A DNA stretch of 63,745 nucleotides, filler included, from Octopus bimaculoides (lineage: Eukaryota), in assembly GCF_001194135.2 (NCBI RefSeq). It is 9 parts of 8 records of this genome, joined end to end, with 100 filler letters (N's around TTAATTAATTAA, not from the genome) between each part and the next. Parts side by side here need not be neighbours in the genome. Positions count along the whole stretch, not along the records: positions 21,061 to 43,980 come from NC_068986.1; 8 more parts are not named here. The stretch is one strand, 5' to 3'. The notes beneath the pieces are model-generated. The model saw only the letters and a program-made list of their open reading frames with translations. It was not told the DNA's origin and searched no databases. This document shows positions 25,718-38,335 of this stretch, piece by piece. Positions within the stretch are counted from its first letter, which is position 1. Each line of letters begins with the position of its first letter. Made by a program: the position numbers and the translations under genes.

Positions 25718-26140
25718 AAGGATGGTGTGGAGTGGTAAGTAGCTTGCTTACCAGCCACATGGTTCCGGGTTCATTCTCACTGCATGGCACCTTGGGCAAG
25801 TGTCTTCTACTATAGCCTTGGGCCGACCAAAGCCTTGTGAGTGGATTCGGTAGACGGAAACTGAAAGAAGCCTGTCGTATATATGTATATATATGTGTGT
25901 GTGTGTATGTGTGTGTGTGTGTGTTTGTGTGTTTGTGCTTGTCCCCCCCAATATTGCTTGACAACTGATGCTGGTGTGTTTACGTCCCTGTAACCTAGCG
26001 GTTCAGCAAAAGAGACTGATAGAATAAGTACTAGGCTTCCAAAGAATAAGTCCTGGGGTTGATTTGCTTGACTAAAGGCAGTGCTCCAGCATGGCCACAG
26101 TCAAATGACTGAAATAAGAAAAAAAGTGTAAAGAGTAAAG
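25718..26140 (+). mobile_element. SINE family B, full length
   Basis: Head GTGGTAAGTAGCTTGCTTACC..GGTTCCGGGTTCA, CORE-like ACCTTGGGCAAGTG, internal (TA/TG)n, tail CAGCATGGCCACAGTCAAATGACTGAAA. Confidence 0.9.
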
Positions 26141-26453
26141 AGTATGATCAGAAATTGACTGCTTCTGATCACAGATCTGCTTGATCAGAGATACTCTGGA
26201 GGAAACAACATGACAATAATATAAGAAACCAAATGACAGCATCATTTATCTTTTACTTGTTTCAGTCATTGGAGTGCGGTCATGCTGGGGCACTGATTTG
26301 ATGTGTTTTAATCAAACACATTGACCCACCCACCCCAGTACCTTATTTACGGGAATGTAGGCAAACTAACACTGATTGTCAGGTGGTGGTAGGGGACAAC
26401 ACACACACACACGCGTGTGTGTGTATGTGTGTATTATTATAGATATATATATT

Positions 26454-26670
26454 TGATGGGGTGCTGAAAGGTTCCTGGGTTTAAGGGTATCACAAAAGGC
26501 CTGGTTATAAGCCCAACCGTCCTGAGTTCTTTTATAGGGCTTAGAAAAATTGAAGGGTCACAGCAATAAGTGTGTGAATCTGAGAGGGTAATATGTTAAA
26601 TAAAATCATAAATAATCCTCCAATATGTTGTTTTTACCCAAAACCGAGAATTTTTTAGCACTCCCTCGTA
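26454..26670 (+). mobile_element. Mariner-derived MITE
   Basis: Decayed TIRs GGGGTGCTGAAAGGTTCCTGGGTTT and AAACCGAGAATTTTTTAGCACTCCCTCGTA; internal NKCVNLRG*YVK* remnant. Confidence 0.7.
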
Positions 26671-26728
26671 TGTATGCATGCATGCATGCATGCATGCATG
26701 CATGCATGCTTGTATGTATGTATGTATG

Positions 26729-26771
<43 letters not shown>

Positions 26772-26862
26772 ATATATATATATATATANNNNNNNNNNNN
26801 NNNNNNNNNNNNNNNNNNNNNNNNNNNNNNNNNNNNNNNNNNNNNNNNNNNNNNNNNNNTAT

Positions 26863-27136
26863 ATATTCAATATAAAGTATAAGAGAAATTACCCATAACA
26901 GGTAACTTTTACATGCTAGAAGACAGTCTAAAATGACCGAGAACAACAAAGTAAAACATTTCAAAGGGGAGAGAAAATAAAAACTTTTACCTTATTTTTT
27001 TTTTTAAGGTAAAAGTTTTTATTTTCTCTCGCCTTTGAAATGTTTTACTTTGTTGTTCTCAGTCGTTTTTGACTGTCTTCTAGCATGTAGAAGTTACCTG
27101 TTATGGGTAATTTCTCTTATACTTTATATTGAATAT
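26863..27136. mobile_element. Foldback/palindromic MITE-like element
   Basis: 132-bp inverted arms (26863-26994 and 27005-27136), about 5 mismatches, poly-T spacer, in TA-rich context. Confidence 0.8.
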
Positions 27137-27228
27137 TGTGTATATATATATGATGGACTCTCCCTTTGAAGATGATGTACAAGTATTCAGCTTTTGCTCA
27201 ACGATCTCCACATATTATTTGTTTATAG

Positions 27229-27790
27229 GACGAGGATAGCTGCGTGAAAAAGTGCCACACCCTAACAATTGAAAGAACCTGTGGAAGAGGTAGGCCCAGG
27301 AAGACCTGGGCTGAGGTGGTGAGGCAAGACCTCTGAACATTGGGCCTCACCGAGGCGATGACTTCTGACCGAGACCTTTGGAAATATGCTGTGCGTGAGA
27401 AGACCCGGCAAGCCAAGTGAGACCTAAATCCAAGGCATTTGCCAGGGGTGTAGCCAGCCCACTTATGCGTACCTTTCCTTCATTGGACACTAAACTCCGC
27501 TTGCGAAGAACTGTTGAGGCAAGTGAAATTGGAATCGAACTAAATTCGACGACTGGCACCCATGCCAACGTTGTCATGAAACTCAGCTTGCGAAGACTTA
27601 TTGGGGCAAGCAAAAGTGAAATCGGGATGGCACCTGTGCCCAGCGTCGCCTTTTTGGCACTTGTGACCGTGGCATGTGTAAGGACTTACGCGCGAGATCG
27701 TTGCCAGTGCCCCTGGACTGGCTCTTGTGTGGGTGGCACATAAAATACACCATTTTGAGCGTGGCCGTTGCCAGTACCGCCTGACTAGCA
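27229..27790 (+). mobile_element. 5'-truncated RTE LINE: ORF C-terminus plus 3' UTR
   Basis: DEDSCVKKCHTLTIERTCGRGRPRKTWAEVVRQDL*TLGLTEAMTSDRDLWKYAVREKTRQAK* (stop 27418-27420). Confidence 0.85.
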
Positions 27791-28335
27791 AAATTTCTAG
27801 GAGGAGGTGACTTCACTGACATGACCTGATATGACTACCGAGGACATTAATAACCTGATCGAGGCCCACTCAGATCCATTAATGGATGAAGATCTGACAG
27901 AAATGACAAAGTCAGCAAGTGATGAAGAAAAACAAGAGGATGCAGGGGAAGAAGAAGTCAGCCTGTCACTAGAATGCCTCTCAACTCTAGCAAAAATGGC
28001 AGAATTTCAAAGAATGGTGAAAGATTGAGATCCCCAGATGGTTCATGCGTTGCAATTCAGAAATGCAATTGATGGTGCCATGGAAGTTTATAAAAACCTC
28101 CTTACACAGAAGAAAAGGCAGCACCAGCAACTGCCCATTGATATGTTCTTCACCTGCAAAAAAAAAAAAAAGAGAAGACATAGGTACTCCTAGGAGTGTG
28201 GGGAGAGTTTATAAAAGCTTGAATATATAAAAACAATAAGAAAAATATACAGTACAGTACTGTTTCTACTTTGCAGATTTTCACCTGTCGCAGGAGGTTT
28301 GGAACGTAACAGTCACAATAATTGAGGGTTTACTA
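27790..28335 (+). mobile_element. Tigger/pogo transposase 3' end with TIR
   Basis: MTTEDINNLIEAHSDPLMDEDLTEM...KD*DPQMVHALQFRNAIDGAMEVYKNLL..QQLPIDMFF; ends GAGGGTTTACTA. Confidence 0.75.
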
Positions 28336-28518
28336 AATATATATATTACATTTGAAAAATGACTTATACATATCAATATTCATCCATAGACAACAGAAAG
28401 ATCAAAAATGCAACAAAAAATTTAAATATCTAGGTCAAATCGAAAGGGGATCATGGAAAAATTGCACATTACAATGAAATTAACGAAACTCAGCTAAATC
28501 GAAAAAAAATTCAACATA

Positions 28519-28676
28519 GGCGCAGGAGTGGCTGTGTGGTAAGTAGCTTGCTTACCAACCACATGGTTCCGGGTTCATTCCCACTGCATGGTACCTTGGG
28601 CAAGTGTCTTCTACCAACCAAAGCCTTGTGAGTGGATTTGGTAGACGGAAACTGAAAGAAGCCTGTCGTATATATG

Positions 28677-28709
<33 letters not shown>

Positions 28710-28925
28710 GTTTGTGTAGCTGTGTTTGTTCCCCCAACATCGCTTGACAACCGAAGCTGGTATGTTTATGTCCCCGTAACTTAGCGGTTCGGCAAAATAG
28801 ACCGATAGAATAAGTATTAGGCTTACAAAAGAATAAGTCCTGGGGTCGATTTGCTCGACTAAAGGCAGTGCTCCAGCATGGCCACAGTCAAATGACTGAA
28901 ACAAGTAAAAGAGTAAAAGAGAATA
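28519..28925 (+). mobile_element. SINE family B, full length
   Basis: GGCGCAGGAGTGGCTGTGTGGTAAG head through TGACTGAAACAAGTAAAAGAG tail. Confidence 0.9.
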
Positions 28926-29808
28926 AAATATTCTCTATAGCTTCTTCATGATCTGCTAGAGTGTCTGCTTTGCGATGCATTTACACACCATGCAGTTAAA
29001 GAGAAGAAGTTATTGAAATCTGTCTTCGACATCAGTATGGGAAAAAAATTGATTTTGGATCCAACAAAGAAAAGAATACTGAATATTATAAGCCCAAAAT
29101 TATCCAGATGTTTACTTAGCAAACTGAATTACAATCGAGTCAAAGTCAAGGAAAACTTTCCTGAGAAAAGTACTTGTCACCTTTTTCAAACTCAGCTTGA
29201 ACAACAACTATGTTGAGCAATTTTTAAATCCAAAAGATGATGCAATGGTGTCAAACAGACAGAAAAAATACTCATTTTGCCCCGGTTACCAATTTTGCCC
29301 CATCCAAACAATTTTTATGACAGTTTCTTTCGTTTCTTTTTCTAATTTTTTTTTTTATAAAGGAATACATACATACACTGTTTACATGTGAGAGTGCTTG
29401 CATGTGTACGCAATCACACACTACACGCGCGCGCGCGCGCACACACACGCGCACATGCACACACACGAGATGTACCTTTTGATAAGCCAAGCATGCCGTC
29501 TCTAGTATAGTAACCGATACAAAGTAGATATAATTATATATAATTATAAGCATTGTTTGACATATAATGACTGAAATAAATTAAACGGACTTAATAACAG
29601 AGTATATTTTATAAACATAAAACACTGTGGTTAAGTAACTGATTTAATTACCGCTTCATAGCACATTTTATAACCATTGTTTACATGTAATAACAACTAA
29701 AGTGGTAAACATTACCGTTTTACAGTTTATTTTATAACAATTGTTTGACGTGATGACTATTACCATTTTACAGTATGTTTTTTAATCACACACACACACA
29801 CACACACA

Positions 29809-30275
29809 GGAGTTGACTTTGCTTTTCATCCCTTACGGGTCGATAAAATAAGTACCAGTTGCGTACTGGGGTCGATCTAATCGACTGGCCCTGTCCCCCA
29901 AAATTTCGGGCTTTGTACCTAGAGTAGAAACGATTATAAGGCGGTGGTTCTGGCAGAATCGTTAGCACGCCGAGCAAAATGCCTAACGGTACTTCGTATA
30001 TCGCTACGTTCTGAGTTCAAATTCCGCCGAGGTTGACTTTGCTTTTCATCCCTTAGGGGTCGATAAATTAAGAACCAGTTACGCACAGGAGTTGATGTAA
30101 TCGACTAGCCCCCTCCCCCATCATTTCAGGCCTTGTGCCTATAGTAGAAAGGATTATTACAAGACGGTGGAGCTGGCAGAATCGTTAGCACACTAGGCAA
30201 AATGCTTAGCGGCATTTCGCCCTGTCACTACGTTCTGAGTTCAAATTCCGTCGAGGTCAACTTTGTCATTCATCA
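29809..30275 (+). mobile_element. Three head-to-tail SINE C units
   Basis: Partial unit, then heads at 29938 and 30161, each directly after the previous AGAAA(C/G)GATTA tail. Confidence 0.85.
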
Positions 30276-30311
30276 TTTTAATTTTTTATACACTTCCTAA
30301 TAAGAGCTTTT

Positions 30312-30359
<48 letters not shown>

Positions 30360-30363
30360 GTGA

Positions 30364-30456
30364 ACTAGCAGAAATACCCGGCGTTGCCCGGGTTAAAGAG
30401 AATAATGAAATCTAAAAATGCCGTCTAGACTACGCATCATCTTTATATATAGAGAT
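30364..30456 (+). mobile_element. Short Helentron-associated (HINE/DINE-like) element
   Basis: 5' ACTAGCAGAAATACCCGGCGTTGCCCGGG, 3' TTTATATATAGAGAT. Confidence 0.5.
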
Positions 30457-31620
30457 GTATATACACACACGCACCCAAACACACGTATATATATGTATAT
30501 CAATATAAATATATGAAAGTCAATGAAGTTTCGTAAAAGAAGGTGATCATGTACATACTTTCTTGCTGTTGTGATTATAACACCTCATTGTAAACTATGT
30601 TCCTTGTTTTCCCTTGTGGAGCATATACAAATAGGTTTTTTGTTGCTGNNNNNNNNNNNNNNNNNNNNNNNNNNNNNNNNNNNNNNNNNNNNNNNNNNNN
30701 NNNNNNNNNNNNNNNNNNNNNNNNNNNNNNNNNNNNNNNNNNNNNNNNNNNNNNNNNNNNNNNNNNNNNNNNNNNNNNNNNNNNNNNNNNNNNNNNNNNN
30801 NNNNNNNNNNNNNNNNNNNNNNNNNNNNNNNNNNNNNNNNNNNNNNNNNNNNNNNNNNNNNNNNNNNNNNNNNNNNNNNNNNNNNNNNNNNNNNNNNNNN
30901 NNNNNNNNNNNNNNNNNNNNNNNNNNNNNNNNNNNNNNNNNNNNNNNNNNNNNNNNNNNNNNNNNNNNNNNNNNNNNNNNNNNNNNNNNNNNNNNNNNNN
31001 NNNNNNNNNNNNNNNNNNNNNNNNNNNNNNNNNNNNNNNNNNNNNNNNNNNNNNNNNNNNNNNNNNNNNNNNNNNNNNNNNNNNNNNNNNNNNNNNNNNN
31101 NNNNNNNNNNNNNNNNNNNNNNNNNNNNNNNNNNNNNNNNNNNNNNNNNNNNNNNNNNNNNNNNNNNNNNNNNNNNNNNNNNNNNNNNNNNNNNNNNNNN
31201 NNNNNNNNNNNNNNNNNNNNNNNNNNNNNNNNNNNNNNNNNNNNNNNNNNNNNNNNNNNNNNNNNNNNNNNNNNNNNNNNNNNNNNNNNNNNNNNNNNNN
31301 NNNNNNNNNNNNNNNNNNNNNNNNNNNNNNNNNNNNNNNNNNNNNNNNNNNNNNNNNNNNNNNNNNNNNNNNNNNNNNNNNNNNNNNNNNNNNNNNNNNN
31401 NNNNNNNNNNNNNNNNNNNNNNNNNNNNNNNNNNNNNNNNNNNNNNNNNNNNNNNNNNNNNNNNNNNNNNNNNNNNNNNNNNNNNNNNNNNNNNNNNNNN
31501 NNNNNNNNNNNNNNNNNNNNNNNNNNNNNNNNNNNNNNNNNNNNNNNNNNNNNNNNNNNNNNNNNNNNNNNNNNNNNNNNNNNNNNNNNNNNNNNNNNNN
31601 NNNNNNNNNNNNNNNNNNNN

Positions 31621-31811
31621 ATTATGTTGCCGTGTGCTCGAACTCTGCAAGAAGTTAATAATTTTTTTTGACTAAAACACAACTGGAACCCTAAGTAAGG
31701 CATGTGTAAAATTTGAATGAAATTGGTTGCGTAGTTCTCGAGTTTTAGGGATTCACACAGACAGACAGACAGACAGACAGACACACATTCTCATTTTTAT
31801 ATATATAGATT
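31621..31811 (+). mobile_element. 3' end of a longer HINE/DINE-like element
   Basis: AAATTTGAATGAAATTGGTTGCGTAGTTCTCGAG...(ACAG)n...CATTCTCATTTTTATATATATAGAT. Confidence 0.5.
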
Positions 31812-33891
31812 ATGGCGGTCCAATTGGGTAAAAATTTATCAAAATAGGAATCAAAGGAGCCCATAAGCAAAAAAAAAAAATGATTGAGAACCACTGGGCT
31901 AGACCCTTTCCGTAAAAATTGCTGGCCTTGTGCCAATTTTTAGAAAGAATTAAACAAGAACATACAAACAATGCGGGACAAAGCGAAGGGAAAAGAAAAG
32001 ACAGCAAAATGAAATGTACAAATGGTTGTGATGATGATGATGAGGAGGAAGGCGACAGTACTGGTGCAGACACTATAACGTGTGTGTGTGTGTGTATGTT
32101 TACACAAAAATGTATACTAAACAAAAACAGAAAATCCCTACACTCACACTTGTCTTTTGTCTCGCTCAGCTGTCCTGTTGCAACCCTCACTCGGTAAAGT
32201 AAGAGCGAGAACGAGAAGGACTAATGTGTGAACTCAACTTGGTTGTTGTCGTTTAGCCCTCCTCCCACCAGGTCAACACCTGGTTAAGCAGGCAAACGAT
32301 GAAGGGCATTCCAACTGTGACTATCCCGTCTATTTATACCATTCCAACTGTGACTATCTCGTCTAACATAACCTTCTATTTTGTCGTAAGACAGTAAATT
32401 GAATTTGTGGGAGATATGGCTTTTATTTTTAGTTGGTCGAGCAAATTGGTTCGTATTAAGTCCATTGCTTGGTTTAACGGCAGCGGTGGTCCTTAGGGGT
32501 CTGTAATGGCTTAACACTACCAGAGCCTTTAGTGATTTGACATCATTACCAAATACTCGGTTACCTTTGGCGGAATCCGCTCTATAGCAAACTTTCCATC
32601 GATTTGTCTCCGAAATGAGATTACTTGATATCTTGACGAACAACTGTCATTTGCAGCAACGTATGAGTCCAATTGATAAGGATTCTAAGCTTTCACCAAA
32701 GCGGTCTGGGTTCAATTCTTGAACATACTAACTTTTCAGGTTAATGGGACAGCCTCGACATAATCGCTTTTGCTCGTGCAGTGAAACTTATTTCAATTAC
32801 AATTTCACCCGTCTTAAAAAAGAAAAGGCAAGTCTTTAACAAATAACTTATGGAGTTGTAATGGCTAGAACGTCTTTGATTATAGGTTTGCTAAAGAACG
32901 ACCACCCTCGCGTCGTGGTTTCTCTCTTTTTCTATCACCAGTCTCGGCAGCCCTACAAAAGTCAGGGACACCCTTCTCCTCTCACTAAACCATAAATTAA
33001 ATTACCATGTAATTTACTTGTCTCCATTGAGACTGGAGCCAGCGGGAGTCGTGGAACATCCACTACCAAAATTACTTCGGAAATGGGTTTGACATAGTCC
33101 GAGACGCTAGATGAGGCCTTACACTGTAGTATAGCTAAGGGGATGGATGCTGGGGCGGTTCGCGACGGTTTTAAGGAGGCGGCTCCTTTGGGCCTGCTGT
33201 ATAAGGACCAGGGGAGGCAAATTCAAAGCTTGTTTTGGGTGGCACGCACTCTAGCTACACCACTGCTCTTACAGGTAGTATCACTTAAAAAAATATATAT
33301 ATATTTATTTTAGTAGAGAATTTCAATAGCAACATAGGACAATTCGACAACCATGAAATTTTTGCGATATTGTGAAAGTATTATTTAAAAGTTATGTTCT
33401 GTCTGTCTGTCTGCCTGTCTGCCTGTCTGTCTGCCTGTCTGTCTGCCTGTCTGCCTGTCTGCCTGTCTGTCTGTATGTATGTATGTAATCAATCAGTTTC
33501 ATTTCTGTATTTCTTGCCAATAGAGAAAGAGCCGGACTCTAACATAGATTCAAGGCTCCTTCATTGGAACTTTTATCAACATCATCTAGGTATTTGTGCA
33601 TATGTATGTGTGTGTGTGTGCAGTATTTGGTGTTAGTGTATGCGCAGATTTGTATGTTTGTTTTATGGATGCGTTTTTATGTCTAGATGCATGCATATGT
33701 ATTTATGTGCTAAATTTTTGGAAAGTTTTTTTTATGTATGTATGTATGTATGTATGTATGTATGTATGCATGTAGGTATGAATTTTGTAATTATTACCGC
33801 TACGGATTGATTTGCTTTGCGAGACGAATTATAGTTTTGGTAAAAAATAATTAGGAACAAGGAAGAGAAATTTAAGTTACCTACAGCTTAC

Positions 33892-34081
33892 CTGAGACGC
33901 AAGTATGGTTCCGCTTGAATTCCATGATATATTTGCGCCTCTCCTGATACAACTGCTTTTCGAGCGGGTACTCCAAAATGCACCAAACAGCCCCACCAAG
34001 TATCCAGTATAAGATAAGAAACACAATGAGGCCCCATAATCGTTGGGTAGGAGTCGTCTTTGATAGCAAAAGAGTTTTCAT
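33892..34081 (-). CDS. First coding exon of a two-pore-domain (K2P, KCNK-family; TREK/TALK-like) potassium channel
   Basis: MKTLLLSKTTPTQRLWGLIVFLILYWILGGAVWCILEYPLEKQLYQERRKYIMEFKRNHTCVS: M1 helix with Y..LGG.V...LE.P.E, cap helix and cap cysteine (NHTCVS); ends TCA G|GTAAGC, a phase-1 donor at 33891. Confidence 0.8.
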
Positions 34082-34285
34082 CTGAACGACAGCCGAGGCG
34101 AGACTAGCAGGGTTTTCTTTTCCGTTTTTCTGTCTTTTTTTTTCTCTTTTTCTTTGCGAAGTGTTACAGAATGGAAACGAAGAATGGAACTGGTAAAGGA
34201 CAGAACTCAGCGGACACGCGCGACAGGAACGGCGAAGCGAAATTTATAAAGCAAGCGCAACTTCAGAGGAAAATTTACAAAATAG

Positions 34286-34331
<46 letters not shown>

Positions 34332-34360
34332 ACGATCGCGGTGTTGAACAGCCGTGCACC
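34082..34360 (-). promoter_or_regulatory. Putative 5' UTR/promoter of the K2P gene (CpG-retaining, with a (TC)n tract)
   Basis: Non-TE sequence rich in CpG (CGCGCG, GCGGAC, CGATCGCG) directly upstream of the ATG; no TSS evidence. Confidence 0.4.
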
Positions 34361-34838
34361 TAAACAAGAAAATATGTGAGAGTTTTCATATTAGAGGGTG
34401 ATGTGTCGAGTTAAATATTGATATTTTTTNNNNNNNNNNNNNNNNNNNNNNNNNNNNNNNNNNNNNNNNNNNNNNNNNNNNNNNNNNNNNNNNNNNNNNN
34501 NNNNNNNNNNNNNNNNNNNNNNNNNNNNNNNNNNNNNNNNNNNNNNNNNNNNNNNNNNNNNNNNNNNNNNNNNNNNNNNNNNNNNNNNNNNNNNNNNNNN
34601 NNNNNNNNNNNNNNNNNNNNNNNNNNNNNNNNNNNNNNNNNNNNNNNNNNNNNNNNNNNNNNNNNNNNNNNNNNNNNNNNNNNNNNNNNNNNNNNNNNNN
34701 NNNNNNNNNNNNNNNNNNNNNNNNNNNNNNNNNNNNNNNNNNNNNNNNNNNNNNNNNNNNNNNNNNNNNNNNNNNNNNNNNNNNNNNNNNNNNNNNNNNN
34801 NNNNNNGATGACAGAGAGAGACACACACATACACACAG

Positions 34839-35071
34839 AAGGCGGCGAGCTGGCAGAAACGTTAGAACGCCGGGCGAAATGCTTAGCGGTATTTCGTCTG
34901 CTGTTACGTTCTGAGTTCAAATTCCGCCCAGGTCGACTTTGCCTTTCATCCTTTCGGGGTCGATTAAATAAGTACCAGTTACGCACTAGGGTCGATATAA
35001 TCGACTTCATCCGTTTGTCTGTCTTTGTTTGTCCCCTCTGTGTGTAGCCCCTTGTGGGTAGTAAAGAAATA
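34839..35071 (+). mobile_element. SINE family C, long-tail variant
   Basis: Intact head with CpGs; tail GTTTGTCCCCTCTGTGTGTAGCCCCTTGTGGGTAGTAAAGAAATA. Confidence 0.85.
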
Positions 35072-35110
35072 ACACACATACACACATTCAGACACATACA
35101 CACATGCCGT

Positions 35111-35144
<34 letters not shown>

Positions 35145-36029
35145 CCAACACACGCATACACACAAACAACTTTAACTTTTACTTGTTTCAGTCATTCTGG
35201 AGCAACGCCTTGAATTTTTAGATGAATGAATCGACCTCCGTACTTATTTTTTAATTTTGCCGAACCGCTAAGTTACGAGGACGTAAACATACCAACATCG
35301 GTCATCAAGTGGTGATGGGGAGACAAACACAGACACACAAACATAGATATATATATATTCATCTCCTTTTATAATACACTCGTGTTTTTCTCCGTCACAA
35401 CATATGAATGAGAAAGGAAGGGGTGATGACAGAAATTCTATGGTGAAAAAAAAATCAAACAGCGTTTCAAGGAAAAATATCTTAACCACACAGCCATATC
35501 TGCATATAATTATAAATGCATACAGGGTGGGATATATCTATGTGGAATATATGTGTATGCGGGATCAGTGTGTAAGTGGAGTGGACAATTAAAAAAGGCA
35601 CTCAGCTGCTGATGAAATCCCAGCACAAGATTGGAACTAGTCCAGTGGATCCCTCTTTTTCTGTCCACAAAAATAATGGTAAGAGGCTTGCTTCCGAACC
35701 ACATGGTTCCAAGTTCAGTCCCACTGTGTGGTACCTTGGCCAAGTGTCTTCTACTATAGCCCTGGGCTGACCAAAGCCTTGTGAGTGGATATGATAGATG
35801 GAAATTGAAGGAAGTCCATTGTATGTGTGTGTGTCTTTGCGTCTGCATTTGCTCCCCCCCTTCCACCCACCCTCCCACTGCTTCGCAACTGTTGTTGGAG
35901 GGTTTACATTCCTATATAGCTAATCATCCTTTAGTTGTGTGAACATTATGCTAGCCAGGTTCTACATGAAGTGCTGATGAGGTGACCGCCAGGATTTTGC
36001 ATATCTCCTCAACCGTCCTGAAGAACACA

Positions 36030-36156
36030 GAGAAAGTCATGGATCATATTGATCCATGATAGAGTAGACATGGATGAGATGCAGTTTGGCTTTGTCCCAA
36101 GAAGAGGCACCACAGATGCAATTTTCCTTCAGGAGAAATACCTGGCTAAGAATAAG
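36030..36156 (+). mobile_element. RTE RT fragment
   Basis: RVDMDEMQFGFVPRRGTTDAIF/LQEKYLAKNK. Confidence 0.75.
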
Positions 36157-36181
36157 GCGGTGAAATTCACCAGTGCTGCTG

Positions 36182-36251
<70 letters not shown>

Positions 36252-36566
36252 CGTATTTGTTTCTACTAAAAGTACAGAGACTGAAATTTTGGAGGAGGGG
36301 GACTAGTCAATTACATCAACCCCAATGTTTTACTGGTACTTAGTCTGTCAACCCCGAAGGGCTGAAAAACAAAGTCGACCTTGGCAGAATTTGAACTCAC
36401 AATAATAATAATAATAATAATGATAATAATAATAATGATAATGACAGGATGTGTTAATGTCTATTTTGTATAATGTTTCATCAATGTTTCTACAGGTAAA
36501 TTGGTGTTGAAACAATTGTATTGTTATGTAATAAAGCAAGTTGCTCAATCTATTTTCTATTATTCA

Positions 36567-37155
36567 TGTGGAGGCGCAATGGCCCAGTGGTTAGGGCAGC
36601 GGACTTGTGGTTATAGGATTGTGGTTTCGATTCCCAGACCAGGCGTTGTGAGTGTTTATTGAGCGAAAACACTGGATTAAAAAAAATTATACAGAAATTA
36701 AGTCCTGATGGATTTCCTGATTTTTGGTTTGTATTTTGCTATTAGTAAGGCTTCTGTATAATTCAAGATGAGGAGAAATATCCTTCAAGTGTAAATAATG
36801 TAATTCTCTTTTGTTTTTAATTCTACATAAAATTGTGCTGTCAAGTGATGTTNNNNNNNNNNNNNNNNNNNNNNNNNNAGCTCCACGAGGTTCTGGTAGG
36901 GGATGGTGGCAAACCCTGCTGTACTCTTTCACCACAACTTTCTCTCACTCTTACTTCCTGTTTCTGTTGTGCTTGTAATTCAAAGGGCCAGCTTTGTCAC
37001 ACTCTGTGTCACGCTGAATATCCCCGAGAACTACGTTAAGGGTACACGTGTCTGTGGAGTGCTCAACCACTTGCACATTAATTTCACGAGCAGGCTGTTC
37101 CGTTGATCGGATCAACTGGAACCCTCGTCGTCTTAAGCGACGGAGTGCCAACAAC
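36567..37155 (+). mobile_element. SINE family A interrupted by another sequence and a gap
   Basis: Head 36567-36672; body and tail resume 36879-37155. Confidence 0.8.
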
Positions 37156-37258
37156 ATGTTAATAAATGTTCTGATATGCAAATGAGCAGCATCAGCATCT
37201 GTCAATCTTAGTATTTCTTACAAGAACCGTGAAGTTGTTTCCTCTATCTGTCCATTTT

Positions 37259-37300
<42 letters not shown>

Positions 37301-37928
37301 CAAACATGAGTACACACTCTTGATAAGATGGCAACAATTAAGTCCTGACAACTGGAGCTCTTGGTTCTATACTGCAGAAAAAACTCTGTGGTTCAACCAC
37401 CAGATCTATTTCTGCAGTGAGGCTAAATTTATGCAAACACTTGCTGTCTGAGTACTTTAGTTATATACATATGCATGCATATATCCATATATATATACGT
37501 GAAGTTCATACACACACACACACACGCACATTTATAAACAGTAAGAATCAAAATGATGGCTGGCATAATTATTCTTAATATCTTCTGACAGATTCAAACA
37601 TGGATATCACTGTTCTTTGTGCATAAGATGATTTATTATCGGTTGGCAGATTTCAGCATGGATCAGCAGACAGCTTGTTCACTGAAGTTACGTGAGATTC
37701 ATCAGTCTAGGATGACTCTGGCTGATGAGACACAATGATGTTGAAACACTGATTGACCCAGAATCTCTTGCATTAATGAATTGAGTATGAAATGAAAACA
37801 ATTGCATCATAAAGGTAATTGTTCTCTTGTGACAAAACACGATGGTGTTTGAATATGCCATTTTGTTTTGATTCTCCATGTTCACCATGCATATAATGAT
37901 TTACATATATTATATCCTTTATAAATAA

Positions 37929-38335
37929 GGGGTGGTAAGTAGCTTGCTTACAAACCACATGGTTCCGGGTTCAGTCCCACTGCGTGGCACCTTGGGCAAG
38001 TGTCTTCTACTATAACCTTGTGAATGGATTTGGTAGACAGAAACTGAAAGAAGCCCATCATATCATCATCGTCATCGTCATATACATGTATGTATATATG
38101 TGTGTGTGTATATGTTTGTGTGTCTGTGTTTGTTCCCCCCAACATCGCTTGACAATTGATGCTGGTGTGTTTATGTTCCCGTAACATAGCGGTTCAGCAA
38201 AAGAGATCAATAGAATAACTACTAGGCTTACAAAGAATAAGTCCTGGGGTCGATTTGCTCGACTAAAGGCGGTGCTCCAGCATGGCCACAGTCAAATGAC
38301 TTAAACAAATAAAAGAGTAAAAGAGTAAAGAGTAA
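37929..38335 (+). mobile_element. SINE family B
   Basis: Head, internal microsatellite and tail colinear with other B copies. Confidence 0.85.

Noticed and set aside
29013-29260. ORF MKSVFDISMG... as a host exon
   Set aside because: No recognisable domain; more likely a decayed LINE C-terminus, but not assignable.
35600-35650. Minus-strand CWDFISS, resembling the K2P pre-pore WDF motif
   Set aside because: Followed at once by a stop and located upstream of the first exon.
37717-37762. Plus-strand CUGAUGA...GAAA with plausible stems I and II
   Set aside because: Position 16.1 is A rather than the required U and there is no repeat context; at best a dead motif, possibly chance.
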